A program made the translations under genes and the position numbers. A model generated the notes under the pieces. The model saw nothing but the letters and a program-made list of their open reading frames with translations. It was not told the DNA's origin and made no database searches. Shown one piece after another: positions 14,189 to 29,394 of a stretch of 64,000 nucleotides of DNA; the first letter of the stretch is position 1; every line of letters starts with the position of its first letter. Source of the stretch: Eledone cirrhosa (taxonomy: Eukaryota); contig OZ024742.1 in the NCBI GenBank assembly GCA_964016885.1, positions 179,862,001 to 179,926,000 of the forward strand, given 5' to 3'.

Positions 14189-15058
14189 TCTATATATATA
14201 AAACTGTGGTTGTCTGTCTGTCTATCGATTTTTGGCACACATCTCCTCTTAGAATCTCTCACGGAATTGCACCGAAATTGCTAAACTTGTACATTGAGCC
14301 CTAGCGAAGACATCGGAAAAAAAAAATTTCAAATTGACCCACCCTATGTGACGAAGTCGAATATAATGTATCGATTTTTGAGCGTAAGTTATCAGTTATT
14401 TCCCTTTGTTCTGTTTACATTGAGCGTCTTACGTAAAAAATTACGCTGGCTTTCTCAGCGTTTAAAATGACATTAACACAATACACGAACAGTTGAACAC
14501 TAAGCTTCCGTTTTGCTTCATTTCCATTTAAAAGCATTTTAAAACAATATTTTTACTTGAAAACAAGTCTATTTAAAGACTACGTAAAACAAGCAAATAT
14601 TTCGTCGTTAGGCGTGCAGACAGACAGTCGTGCAGACAGACAGTCGTGCAGAGAGGTGATATAGGCGTGCAGACATACAGTCGTGCAGAGAGGTGATATA
14701 GGCGTGCAGACAGACAGTCGTGCAGAGAGGTGATATAGGCGTGCAGACAGACATAACTGATAATTTGGTTACGCTAATGTTTTTCTCTGCGTTGCAGTGT
14801 TTACATTTTCGATCTTTGTTAATAAATAACCAGTGCAGTTTCTATCCCCAGCATCCTCTTTTGTTATAACATTCGGGTTATCGTTATGTTTTCTTAACTT
14901 CATAAGGCATATTGTTGGTTGAGGGAATATTAATCAAAAACACCACATGCAAGTCTGCACAGTAGACACTACAGTTTTTAAGTCAAGAAAGAAACTTAAC
15001 ATTGTAACTTTAACACAGCTACTGAGCGACCCCGAGCAACGCCGGGCTTTACTGCTAG
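14189..15058 (+). mobile_element. Non-autonomous Helitron
   Basis: 5' TC (tctatatatataaaactg), (GTCT)n near the 5' end, 3' hairpin cccgagcaacgccggg then CTAG. Inserted between A and T with no TSD. Internal ~39-bp minisatellite at 14610-14752. Confidence 0.85.
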
Positions 15059-15704
15059 TAAGATAATAAACACACATGGAGAACAGGGCTAGTGACGTCA
15101 GAATAAGACGAATGACTGTTTACAAGAAACAGTAGTCAAAACATTCCGAAAAAACATCAACAAAAGGTATGGAGTTCAGCATAAAGCAATATTATCGCGG
15201 TTTAAAAAAAAAAAGACCGGGATTAGTCACAAATAATTTTAAGCACTCTAGGAAAATTCCGAGTATAACATAAATGAAAATAGAGAAATTAATGTGAGCA
15301 AGAAGCCAACAGTAATTCATAATATATAAGTGACTATAACGTTATGATGGAAATTATTTAACGTAAGATATGGGAAAATAATTCAATCTCAATTCTATAT
15401 ATTTCTCCTCGTCAATTTGATAAGCCCACAGGATTCATTGACTTGTCTCTATTTTCCTCTCTTTACATTGCATACCACCATGTGTTTGTTTCCTTCCCTC
15501 TGTTTTCCCACTGTCCCGATAACTTAATTGAGTTATCGCTCGCACTAAGTTTACGTATGTAGTCTTTAATACGTCGAAATACCAACGATAATCAGCAGAC
15601 TACTGAAGAGGACATTTAACCCTTGTCTATTTTTATTGATATGTTCATGTTCGCAACAACGCACCACGCCATTCTTCATTCATACATACATACAAACACA
15701 CACA

Positions 15705-16277
<573 letters not shown>

Positions 16278-16889
16278 TATATATATATGTGTGTGTGTAA
16301 AGGGGAGAGAGAAATAACATGATAAATTTTATATGGCTGTACATCGCGGAAAATAGTCTGTTTCATTTTTCTATTAATTCTCCATAGTTACATTTTAAAC
16401 TTATAGCCTCGTTTAAATGATTTTTTATGTGGTTGATTTATACGGAGTGGAAGAGGAAATACTGTATATATTTTATCTAATAGTTCTTCAACTTGCAATT
16501 TTATATATAGCTCTGATTAATGATTATTTGCTTAATTAATTCTTCATTGAGCCACACCGTGAAAGGTAGCCAAACTCATATATGTATCTCTGACTATGTC
16601 TAATTATATATATATACCCCTTTGAATTTATATATATAATATATATATATATGTATGAGTGTGTGTGTGAGTATGTGTATACATTTGTATGTATGTGTTG
16701 ATATGGATGCATGTGTGGACATGTACTGAGTACATGGCTAAGTTTTCAGTTATTGATTATTACAAGCAAGTTATCCAAGTTATCACTAGTGCTTTATTGC
16801 GTCTTCGGGCAACACACTTCTTTTTACAAAACTTAGATAACATTGTTCTGGTTAAACAGGTAGCAAGACACTGCTGGATAAATTCTCTG

Positions 16890-17400
16890 TGAGTGTGTGC
16901 ATGTGTATGTCTGTGTGTGTGTGCGTGTGTATGTGTATGTGTGTGTGTGTATGTATGTATATATATATATGTATGTGTGTGTGTGCGTGCGTGCGTGTGT
17001 GTGCGTGTGTGTGTATGTGTGTGTGTGTGTATGCATGTGTATGTATGTAAATATGTGTATGTGTGTGCGTGCGTGCGTGTGTATGTATGTGTATGTGTGT
17101 GCATGTGTGTGTGTGTGTGTATGTGTGTGTATGTGTGTGTATGTATGTGTATGTGTGTGTGTGTCTGTATGCATGTGTGTGTGTATGTGTATGCATGTGT
17201 GTGTGTGTGGATGAATGTGTATGTATGTGTGTGTGTGTATGTATGTATATATGTGTATGTGTGGGTGGGTGCGTGCGTACGTGTGTATGTGTATGTGTGT
17301 GCATGTGTGTGCATGTGTGTATGTGTGTGTATGTGTGTGTATGTGTGTGTGTGTGTATGCATGTGTGTGTATGGGTGTGTAAAGGAGAGAGAGAGAGAGA
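16890..17400. repeat. (TG)n compound microsatellite
   Basis: Directly visible. Confidence 0.96.
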
Positions 17401-17659
17401 TTAGTTTTATAGCAAAACTTTGAAGAACAAAGAAGAAATGATATAGAAATATGGGTAAGATAAAGTATCCAAAATAATATAGACATAGGCATGGATGTAT
17501 ATAGTTACATACATATACAAATATGTATGTGTGTATATATAATAACATACATACATATACACATATGTGTGTATGTATGTATACTGACATACATGCTTAT
17601 ATGTATGTATACATAATTACATTCATGCATACATACATGCATGTATATACCAATGCATA

Positions 17660-18003
17660 TCATCATTCATCATCATTTCATATTACGTCCGCTTTTCCTT
17701 GCTTGCAAGGGTGGGACGGGAACTGATTCTGGCTTGATTTCTACAGCTGGATGTCCTTCCTAACACCAACCTCATTTAAAGTGAGTGCTGGGTGCTTTTT
17801 TGCCGTGGCACCTCCACGATCACTTTGCAGTGGAATGATAAGGACCCCAGTCCCTATCATCTCATTTCTACAGCTGAGGAAACTGGAGCAATGTGAAATA
17901 AAGTGTCTTGCTCAAGGAAACAACACATCACCCGGTTTGAGAATTGAACTCACAACCTTTCGATTGCAAGGCCAATGCTCTAACAACTAAGCCATGTGCC
18001 TCC
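17660..18003 (-). mobile_element. Second copy of the same SINE, inverted
   Basis: Near reverse complement of 15941-16277. Confidence 0.88.
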
Positions 18004-19169
18004 ATTATATACATGCATATATATATTTATGCATAAATACATACATGCATATATGTAAACATAATTGCATGCATGTTGTTGAACTTCTGAGAATTCCAGT
18101 CGACCAAATAATGAAGCAACCTACTCGGTAAATGTATATCCAAGTGGCTGAGCATTCTACAAATACGTGCATTATTAACGTAATTCTCAGGGAGATTCAG
18201 CATGACACCCCCACCCACTCTCCTATATATACATGAAAAGATTCAGGACCCCAACGGCTGAGCTATGGCCATTTCGAGTTCGGATCTAGCCGGCGTCCTG
18301 AATCTGTTCATATTACCCACTCTACTACTCAAAGTATTGAGTACTCTCGTGCGTTATGGTCCACTTGGTATCTTACCACACCCACTTTGTTATATATATA
18401 TATATATATAATCAGTTACAACAGTGGCATTACACAGATACACACGTTTCGTTGGGTTTAACATGAACTCATTCAGTCTACCATAACTTCCAGGAAGATT
18501 TTTGATTATGTATGAGAGTCCTAAAGGTAAGGGTGAAGATCTCAATTAATTTATTAATTCGTAGTTAAACTCTATATATGTAAGGAAGAAAATTCTAAAA
18601 AGAAGAAAAAGGGGAGTACTTGTGTGCAGAAAGATGGCACATAACATAGGGTTAAATCTGCTTTTTGTTCAGCCTAGACCATATTTTCCAAACAGAATTT
18701 TGATTTGTGTGGACAATGATTTAAGAAATCCTGGCATATATTTAGGTAGTGTTTTCTTTAGAAGACAATTGTGAAAGTATATTTGGATGGTACATAGATA
18801 ATAATTTTCACTCGATTATAACAGAACAAAAACTTATTTATGTATGTGTGCAATAAGTATGTGCATGAAGGATGAAGCACAGAGGAATTGGAAGGAGATG
18901 CTTTGAAAGTGTAGTAACTAGAATAAGAATAGGGTGGTAAAATTTCAGGGCACTACTATTTTTGTTGGCAACAATTGATTCTCTTTCCACATGATTTGAT
19001 GGATAGATTACATGGAAATCTGTGTATGTAGTGCAATGCTATATGGAAGAGAGTTGTGGGCAAATTGTTGAGGATATATGAAGCCTAGAAAGTAATGAAC
19101 TGAGCATGCCCTATTGGATGTGTATTCCCAGAGACAGATACATCTTTATGCATCAGAGAACAAATACAC

Positions 19170-19600
19170 ATTTGAAGCAGGTGCTGTTTGAAATTAAAAC
19201 TGAACTCAAACTCTCCCATAAAGAAGCGAATGCAGAATGAAAAGCCAGAATCATAGAAAATAAAAAAAAAATCACTAAGGCATTCTTTAATTTCTCAAAA
19301 GAGACTGCTTTGTTACAGAAAAAATAGGCCTAAAAAGAATGGTACAGGCATGCAATGTGTATGGACTATGATCCTTGGGAGAAGAAGTTCCCAGAGTTCC
19401 AAGTTGAAGGAAGTTGTAGAAGAGGATGTCCAAGAAAACAGCTTTCAGGGGTGGTGAAAAGCTGATCTCAAGAAACTAAGCCTTACAAATGACATGAAAA
19501 ATGTAAACAACAACTGTGAGAAATTGTACTTGAGAGAACATGTCTAACTCATACAAGAATGGTGAACTGGATACAAAAACAATGATGATAATGATAATGA
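19170..19600 (+). mobile_element. Highly degraded RTE 3' end
   Basis: Remnants of WYGHVM and RGRPRKT codons and a (TGA/TAA)n tail. Confidence 0.5.
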
Positions 19601-19969
19601 TTAGGCAGTAGGGTAAAGGCAGGATTCATGACTGGCCATTTTCCAGGCCTCCATGACTAGTGAGAAGATAGGAGGGAGGTATGCTAAATTAGAATCTTGG
19701 CTCAAATTCATGCAACGAAGTGGACTCTACTGAAGTCATACAAAGTTCACGTAGTGGTGTTACACTCTGTGATAAATTAAGTCTACATTAGTCATTTTAC
19801 ACAACTAATCATTTAACCATGTGATCTGCCATAAAGTCAATGAGGAAACTGTGATAACTATGTTAAACCTGGTAGAAATAACCACCTAATTACCTTCAAA
19901 CTACAGTCTGCTGTTTTAGCAAAAGTCCTTGCTAAGTAAAACCCTTTCAATACTTGACATTTGTTGTAG

Positions 19970-20365
19970 GCTGGTGAATTTGATGAGTTGTTAGAGTGTT
20001 AGAGTGTTGGACAAATGCTTAGCAGTATTTGCTCCTGGTTTTTACTTGCTCACTTCAAATCCTGCCAAAGTCAACTTTATCTTCGAACTTTTGAGGTTGA
20101 TGAAATAAAATACCAGTCATAGAGGCCAATGTTATTGACTTTCCCCTCAATCAAAATTAGAAACAATCATTTTAAGGGTTTGGATTGACAGAATTGGTAG
20201 AGCAATGGATAGTATTTATTGTAGGCCTTTATTTTTTTAGTTCAAATTAGCCTTTCATCCTTCCAATTTTGATAAAATAAAGTACCAGTCAAATACTGGG
20301 CTGGTTTAATCAACTTGGCCTTTCCAAAAACACATTTGCTGGCCTTGCACCTATATTAGAAATCA
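19970..20365 (+). mobile_element. Two tandem degraded SINEs with Nin-like domain
   Basis: Motif cctttcatcctt....gataaaataaagtaccagtc occurs twice; the same family is on the minus strand at ~61000-61220, ~62020-62210 and ~62230-62400. Confidence 0.6.
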
Positions 20366-20385
20366 ATAATTGTCAGTTGGCACCC

Positions 20386-23300
20386 CATCACAACCACTAC
20401 TACCAACAATGCCGCCATTGCTACTGCCACGAACATAGCCACCATCACAACCACTAACATAACTACATCAACCACCACCACCACTGCCACCACCAACACC
20501 TCCATTGCTGCCACCACCAACATAACTACCACAACCACCAACATAACCACCACAACCACCAACATAACCACCAACATAACCACCACAACCACCAACATAA
20601 CCACCACAACCACCAACATAACCACCAACATAACCACCACAACCACCAACATAACCACCACAACCACCAACATAACCACCACAACCACCAACATAACCAC
20701 CAACATAACCACCACAACCGCCAACATAACTACCACAACCACCAACATAACCACCACAACCACCAACATAACTACCACAACCACCAACATAACCACCACA
20801 ACAACCAACATAACCACCAACATAACTACCACAACCACCAGCATAACCACCAACATAACTACCACAACCACCAACATAACCACCACAACCACCAACATAA
20901 CCACCAACATAACCACCACAACCACCAACATAACTACTACAACCACCAACATAACCACCACAACAACCAACATAACCACCAACATAACTACCACAACCAC
21001 CAACATAACCACCACAACAACCAACATAACCACCAACATAACTACCACACCCACCAACATAACCACCACAACAACCAACATAACTACCAACATAACTACC
21101 ACAATCACCAACATAACTACCAACATAACCACCACAACAACCAACATAACCACCAACATAACTACCACAACCACCAACATAACCACCACAACAACCAACA
21201 TAACCACCAACATAACTACCACAACCACCAACATAACCACCACAACAACCAACATAACTACCAACATAACTACCACAATCACCAACATAACTACCAACAT
21301 AACTACCACAACCACCAACATAACCACCACAACAACCAACATAACCACCAACATAACTACCACAACCACCAACATAACCACCACAACCACCAACATAACT
21401 ACCACAACAACCAACATAACCACCAACATAACTACCACAACCACCAACATAACCACCACAACAACCAACATAACTACCAACATAACTACCACAATCACCA
21501 ACATAACCACCACAACCACCAACATAACTACCACAACCACCAACATAACTACCACAATCACCAACATAACTACCAACATAACTACCACAACCACCAACAT
21601 AACCACCACAACAACCAACATAACCACCAACATAACTACCACAACCACCAACATAACCACCACAACAACCAACATAACCACCAACATAACTACCACAACC
21701 ACCAACATAACCACCACAACAACCAACATAACTACCAACATAACTACCACAATCACCAACATAACTACCAACATAACTACCACAACCACCAACATAACCA
21801 CCACAACCACCAACATAACCACCAACATAACCACCACAACCACCAACATAACTACCACAACCACCAACATAACCACCACAACAACCAACATAACCACCAA
21901 CATAACTACCACAACCACCAACATAACCACCACAACAACCAACATAACCACCAACATAACTACCACAACCACCAACATAACCACCACAACAACCAACATA
22001 ACTACCAACATAACTACCACAATCACCAACATAACTACCAACATAACTACCACAACCACCAACATAACCACCACAACAACCAACATAACCACCAACATAA
22101 CTACCACAACCACCAACATAACTACCACAACAACCAACATAACCACCAACATAACTACCACAACCACCAACATAACCACCACAACAACCAACATAACTAC
22201 CAACATAACTACCACAATCACCAACATAACCACCACAACCACCAACATAACTACCACAACCACCAACATAACCACCACAACAACCAACATAACTACCAAC
22301 ATAACTACCACAATCACCAACATAACCACCACAACCACCAACATAACCACCACAACAACCAACATAACTACCAACATAACTACCACAATCACCAACATAA
22401 CCACCACAACCACCAACATAACTACCACAACCACCAACATAACTACCACAATCACCAACATAACTACCAACATAACTACCACAACCACCAACATAACCAC
22501 CACAACAACCAACATAACCACCAACATAACTACCACAACCACCAACATAACCACCACAACAACCAACATAACCACCAACATAACTACCACAACCACCAAC
22601 ATAACTACCACAACAACCAACATAACCACCAACATAACTACCACAACCACCAACATAACCACCACAACAACCAACATAACTACCAACATAACTACCACAA
22701 TCACCAACATAACCACCACAACCACCAACATAACTACCACAACCACCAACATAACTACCACAATCACCAACATAACTACCAACATAACTACCACAACCAC
22801 CAACATAACCACCACAACAACCAACATAACCACCAACATAACTACCACAACCACCAACATAACCACCACAACAACCAACATAACCACCAACATAACTACC
22901 ACAACCACCAACATAACTACCACAACCACCAACATAACCACCACAACCACCAGCATAACCACCAACATAACTACCACAACCACCAACATAACCACCACAA
23001 CCACCAACATAACCACCAACATAACCACCACAACCACCAACATAACTACCACAACCACCAACATAACCACCACAACAACCAACATAACCACCAACATAAC
23101 TACCACAACCACCAACATAACCACCACAACCACCAACATAACCACCAACATAACCACCACAACCACCAACATAACTACCACAACCACCAACATAACCACC
23201 ACAACAACCAACATAACCACCAACATAACCACCACAACCACCAACATAACCACCACAACCACCAACATAACCACCAACATAACCACCACAACCACCAACA

Positions 23301-24300
23301 TAACTACCACAACCACCAACATAACCACCACAACAACCAACATAACCACCAACATAACTACCACAACCACCAACATAACCACCACAACAACCAACATAAC
23401 TACCAACATAACTACCACAATCACCAACATAACCACCACAACCACCAACATAACTACCACAACCACCAACATAACCACCACAACAACCAACATAACCACC
23501 AACATAACCACCACAACCACCAACATAACCACCACAACCACCAACATAACCACCAACATAACCACCACAACCACCAACATAACTACCACAACCACCAACA
23601 TAACCACCACAACAACCAACATAACTACCAACATAACTACCACAACCACCAACATAACCACCACAACAACCAACATAACCACCAACATAACTACCACAAC
23701 CACCAACATAACCACCACAACCACCAACATAACCACCACAACAACCAACATAACCACCAACATAACTACCACAACCACCAACATAACCACCACAACAACC
23801 AACATAACTACCAACATAACTACCACAATCACCAACATAACCACCACAACCACCAACATAACTACCACAACAACCAACATAACCACCAACATAACTACCA
23901 CAACCACCAACATAACCACCACAACAACCAACATAACCACCAACATAACTACCACAACAACCAACATAACCACCAACATAACCACCACAACCACCAACAT
24001 AACCACCACAACCACCAACATAACCACCAACATAACCACCACAACCACCAACATAACTACCACAACCACCAACATAACCACCACAACCACCAACATAACT
24101 ACCACAACCACCAACATAACCACCACAACAACCAACATAACCACCAACATAACTACCACAACCACCAACATAACCACCACAACAACCAACATAACCACCA
24201 ACATAACTACCACAACCACCAACATAACCACCACAACAACCAACATAACCACCAACACTACCATGAGTGCATCAATAAATATTAATCCCACCACCATAAC
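20386..24300. repeat. 3.9-kb minisatellite of 21-nt (ACCACCAACATAACYACCACA) and 12-nt (ACCAACATAACY) units
   Basis: Directly visible; all unit lengths are multiples of 3. Confidence 0.96.
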
Positions 24301-25727
24301 AAGACCATAAAGGTTATTCTTTCTTCATGTCTCTCCAACCATACCAGGATACAATCACACAATAAACACTGATAAATGTTTGGCAGATTAAATTAATGTT
24401 AACCATTGAAAAATCAATAATAAAAAATACATTGTATCAATTAGTTGACTGAATAATTAATTAGTAATAATCAAATATAATTTTAATGGCAAGAGATGGA
24501 AATGGTGGAATGGGTAGAGAAGACTGTAGGTGTGGTGTGAGAATATGGGAGCTAAGTGAAGATGGAAATTAATTACACAAACATATTTTTCATTAAATAA
24601 ATACTAAATCACAGAGGTTAATTCCTCAGAGACGGCGTCTGCATAAAAACAATAGTTAAGTTAGTACCAAAAGTGAGCATAAAAAATTTAATTAGTTGAA
24701 ATTGTACAAATGTTGTTTTCGTCATCGTCATTGTCATCGTCTTCATCATCATCGTCGTCTTCATCGTCATTCTATATCCATTTTCCATGCTGGCAAGAGT
24801 GGAACAGGTTATGACTGTCCAAGGCTACTTGGACTTGAAAGCCAGGTCTTGATTATATGTTTCACTTTTGGCATATTTTCTATAGACAGATACCCTTCCA
24901 AACACCAACTTCTTTACAAAGTGTACTTGGTGTATTTGATCATGGCACTATCACTATCACTTACAGAGCACAGTGGGTGCATTTTATCATAGTAACAGCA
25001 CTGCTACTTTACAGCGTGTTCTATGTACATGTTATTGTTTCATCAGCACTAACACTTACATAGTGTTATGGGTGCATTATATTGTGGCACTAGTAATACA
25101 GCTTAATATATATAAGTAGATTTTTTTTATACTCATTTTATTAAATGTTAACACTATTTTTTTCTCTCTGATTTATAAATTCTAATATGCTAATCTATTT
25201 ATGTATAGTATTGTACATCTGTTAAGAATTCTCTTTTCACTACTTTAGAAAGAAAAATAAATTTGCCTCTATATATATGGATACATCTTGACCCCCATCA
25301 CCATCATCATCATCATCATTTTGCATCTGCCTTCCATGCTGGCATGGGTTTGGACATTCCGTCATGTTCCAAGTGCAGATGGGTGCAGCAACCTGACTTG
25401 TCATTGTTTCTATGCCAACTTTTTTACAAGGTTTATTGGATACATTTTTTCATAGCACCAATATATATACAGATTATATACCTCTAGCATGGAAGATAGA
25501 CGTTAAACGATGATGATGATGATGATGATGATGTTTCATGTGTGTATGTGTGACATCAACACTAAGACTTTACTAGGTATACTGGGTGTGTGCTTTTTTT
25601 TTTTTTGTTTTTATGCATACTCATAAGTGTTGGACATTTATGTTATAATTAATTACTTTTTCTTTATAGACACACACATATATATACATACATACATGTG
25701 TACAAATGTATATAGACACACACACAC

Positions 25728-25780
<53 letters not shown>

Positions 25781-25820
25781 ATATATATATAGAATATATA
25801 TATACAATATATATAGAAAG

Positions 25821-28234
25821 TTGAAGCATGTTCTACAACGTGAGGACCAAAAACGTGAGGTGTTCAGGATTGCCAGGCAATGTGTCAAGGAAAACCGTGA
25901 TATTGTCGGGGAGAAGTGTGTGCTTAACGATGATGGCATACCTGCCATCACCGACGCTGATAAGAAGGTAGCTTGGAAGTGTCACTACGAAAGGCTTCTA
26001 AATGAGGAGAACAAATGGGAGAAAGACAGTCTCCCCCACATCGACCCAATAGAGGGACCAGCAGTGTTAGTCCAGGGTAGTACAATAAGCAAGGCAATCA
26101 AAGATATGAAGACGGGTAAGGCGGCTGGTCCTTCGGAAATAGTTGCTGAGATGCTGAAGGCATCTGGTTCGGTGGGACACACCATGGTCACCCGGATAGT
26201 TAACCAAGTCGTACAGAATGGGGTTGTTCCGAAGGACTGGCGTAGCAGCATCATCGTTAACTGCTATAAGGGAAAAGGAGATGCCCTAGATAGGAGTAAC
26301 TATAGAGGCATTAAATTAATCGACCAGGTCATGAAGGTCACGGAAAAAGTAATAGCGCAACTAATCAGAGAGAGAATTGATCTAGATGAAATGCAGTTCG
26401 GATTTGTGTCAGGCAAAAGTACCACAGACGCTCTTTTCATTGTACGACAACTACAGGAGAAGTACCTAGCTAAAAGTAAACCCCTATACTTAGCTTTCAT
26501 CGACTTGGAGAAAGCCTTCGACAGAGTCCCCCGTTCCATTATCTGGTGGTCTCTTAGAAAACTAGGTGTTGACGAATGGCTTGTGAGAGCTATACAAGCC
26601 ATGTATAAAGAAACAGTCAGTAAGGTTAGAATTAACAACGAATATAGTGAAGAGTTTAGCGTAAAAGTTGGTGTCCATCAGGGCTCTGTTCTTAGCCCCC
26701 TACTATTTATTATTGCCCTTCAGGCTATAACAGAGGAGTTCAAGACCGGCTGCCCATGGGAACTCCTATACGCAGATGATCTAACGCTCATAGCTGAATC
26801 AATGACCGAACTAGAGAAGAAATTCCAAACATGGAAGCACGGCCTAGAATCAAAAGGCCTTAAAATTAACCTGGCTAAGACTAAAGTTCTAGTTTGTAGG
26901 AAAGAAAATAAGGCGGGAGTCCCATCTGGGAAATGGCCATGCTCAGTGTGTAGGAAAGGCGTAGGTAGAAACTCCATTTTATGTCCCAAATGCAAAGTAT
27001 GGGTGCATAAAAGATGTAGTGGGATCACAGGTAAGCTAACTAAGAACTTAGATTTTACATGTGGCCGGTGCTCTGGTGCAATAAGTAGCAGCAAGGGCCC
27101 ACAAAATACTAGCTCCTTCAACTGCGCAGAGGGTTCTATAGAAATAGTGGACAGCTTCCGTTACCTGGGTGACAAAATCAGCAGTGGGGGAGGGTGCTCT
27201 GAAAGTACAGTAGCTAGAGTCAGAACTGGATGGAAAAAGTTCAGAGAGCTTATACCATTATTAGCCGCTAGAGGGTTCTCCCTAAAAATGAAAGGCAGGT
27301 TATACGATGCCTGCATACGAACAGCAATGCTGCATGGCAGTGAGACCTGGGCATTGTGTGCAGAGGATATACGCAGACTGGAGAGGAACGAAGCTTGCAT
27401 GCTCCGCTGGATGTGCAATAGTAATATACGTGAACGGCAAAGCATAAACGAACTAAGGAAAAAATTAGAAATAAGAGGGATCAGATGTTGTTTACTCGAG
27501 AGAAGGCTACGTTGGTACGGTCACGTGATGCGCATGAAAGACGACAGCTGTATAACAAAGTGCAGGGCAATAAAGATAGACGGTAGCCACGGAGTAGGCA
27601 GACCCAGAAAAACATGGGACGAGCTGATAAATTCCGACCTCACACGCTTACACCTCTCCAAGACAATGTCACTGGACCGAGACCTTTGGCGGTACTCAGT
27701 AATAGAGAAGACCCGCCTTACCTAAATACAAAGTAAAAACCTACTACAGTCAGTAGGCATCTCTATCAACCCCCCCCGTCCCACCACCTCCACCCCATCC
27801 ACACCGCCCCTTTCAATGTACAGTTATGTTGGTCCCACAACATCCAGGCCGAAACAAATGAGATCGTGTAGGTGTCACGACAAAAAAACACACAGTCCAC
27901 GCTGTAAATGTGGCCGTGTAGGCAACACGGTAAAAACCTCCCAGCCCCACACTGTAAATGTGGTTGGTGTTAGGAAGGGCATCCAGCTGTAGAAAACCCG
28001 CCAGACAGTCCACGCTGTAATGTGGCCGTGTAGGCAACACGGTAAAAACCTCCCAGCCCCACACTGTAAATGTGGTTGGTGTTAGGAAGGGCATCCAACT
28101 GTAGAAAACCCGCCAGACAGTCCTATGCGAGCAAGACAACCACTCTTGCCTCAAGTGGGAAAACCCCCGTCCAAACCCATGCAAGCGTGGAACACGGACG
28201 CTAAACCTGATGATGATGATGATGATGATGATGA
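25821..28234 (+). mobile_element. RTE-clade LINE, 5'-truncated (no APE domain): intact 634-codon RT frame, 3' UTR, (TGA)n tail
   Basis: KGKGD..DRSNYRGIKL, QFGF..GKSTTDA, FIDLEKAFDRVPR, GVHQGSVLSPLLF, YADD, HGSETW, RRLRWYGHV.R, GRPRKTW. ~113-bp tandem duplication in the 3' UTR (27893-28122). Sits in a TA/TG tract. Confidence 0.95.
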
Positions 28235-28334
28235 ATATATATATGTGTGTGTGTGTGTAACAAACTCTTATTTTATCTAAATATATGCAACTGAATGCTG
28301 TGTGTGGGAACTAAATTTCTTCTTCTTTGGCCAC

Positions 28335-28712
28335 TTATTCCTGAGAAGGTCATGAGGTCAGAGTCCTGAAACACTCCTTCCAGCAGGTCCAGTCAGAAGC
28401 AACAATCTCCAACTGATTGGGCTGGATCCCCAAGCAAGACCAGCCAAGATCATGGATGTTATCCAACCATCTTGCTCAGGGTCTACCCTTGGGTCTCCCG
28501 CCGGTTGGTTTTACTCATAAAATCTGTCTAGCGATTCTTTCCTGAGACATTCTAACCACATACTCATAGTATCAGAACTGTGATCCCTGAAATTGGAGAA
28601 GTGGGGATTCTAATGGAAGTAACTCCCTGATCCACAGCTGCACACTCTATCAAGTAACATTACACCAAAGACCCTTTGGAGGAAACCCATTTTGGCTGAT
28701 TGTATTCGCGAT
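28335..28712 (-). mobile_element. Degenerate 3' fragment of a second RTE family
   Basis: Minus frame VVRMSQERIARQIL*VKPTGGRPKGRP*ARWLDNIHDLGW with stops. Confidence 0.7.
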
Positions 28713-28728
28713 CATATATATATATATA

Positions 28729-29372
28729 TCATCATCATCATCGTTTTACCTCCGTTCTTCCATGCTAGCATGGGTTAGACGGGCTGTCCTGTTGTGAGTA
28801 GTTTCCGGTCGGCTGACCTTGTCTTGCTCATACAGGAACTGATTCTGGCTTGATTTCTACAGCTGGATGCCCTTCCTAACACCAACCTCATTACAAGGAG
28901 TGCTGGGGGCTTTTTTTTCCATGGCGCCTACACGTCCACTTTACAGTGTGGGCTGGGTGCTTCTTTGCCGTGGCACCTCCACGACCACTTTGTAGTGGGA
29001 GGGGATGGGGGCATATTGTCTATGTGCTTCAGCTTTGGCTTGTTCCCGTGGGGGTACGGGTCTTCTGTATTACAGCGTAACGCCAGAGGTCACGGTCATG
29101 TGTCATTGCTATTGAGAGGTGCAATTGGGTAAGTTCGGCCTTTATCACCGCATCCCAGGTCTTCTTGTGTCTCCCCACTCTGCGGCTTCCATCGACTTCT
29201 AGTGCTCTGCACCTTTTTATGCAGCTGTCATCCTTCATACGCATCACATGTCCATACCAACATAACCTCCTCTCCTGCACACAGCATTTGATTCCTCTGA
29301 TGCTCAGTCTCTCTCTCAATTTGTTTATACTTTGCCGTTCGCGTATATTACTATTACACATCCATCGGAGCA
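28729..29372 (-). mobile_element. RTE LINE 3' fragment related to the 25821 copy
   Basis: MLRWMCNSNIRERQSIN...WYGHVMRMKDDSCI, shared 3' UTR, (TGA)n tail. Confidence 0.9.
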
Positions 29373-29394
29373 TATATATATATATATATATATA

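Larger units (their letters stand above)
13780..15395 (-). mobile_element. HHR-bearing ~625-bp unit with ~120-bp terminal direct repeat, interrupted by a Helitron
   Basis: 13780-13900 is repeated at 15275-15395. The 1495-bp spacing minus the 870-bp Helitron gives ~625 bp. HHR at 14028-14108. Confidence 0.75.

Noticed and set aside
20356-24297. 1313-aa Val/Met/Leu membrane protein on the minus strand
   Set aside because: An entirely hydrophobic product is implausible; it is the antisense reading of a triplet minisatellite
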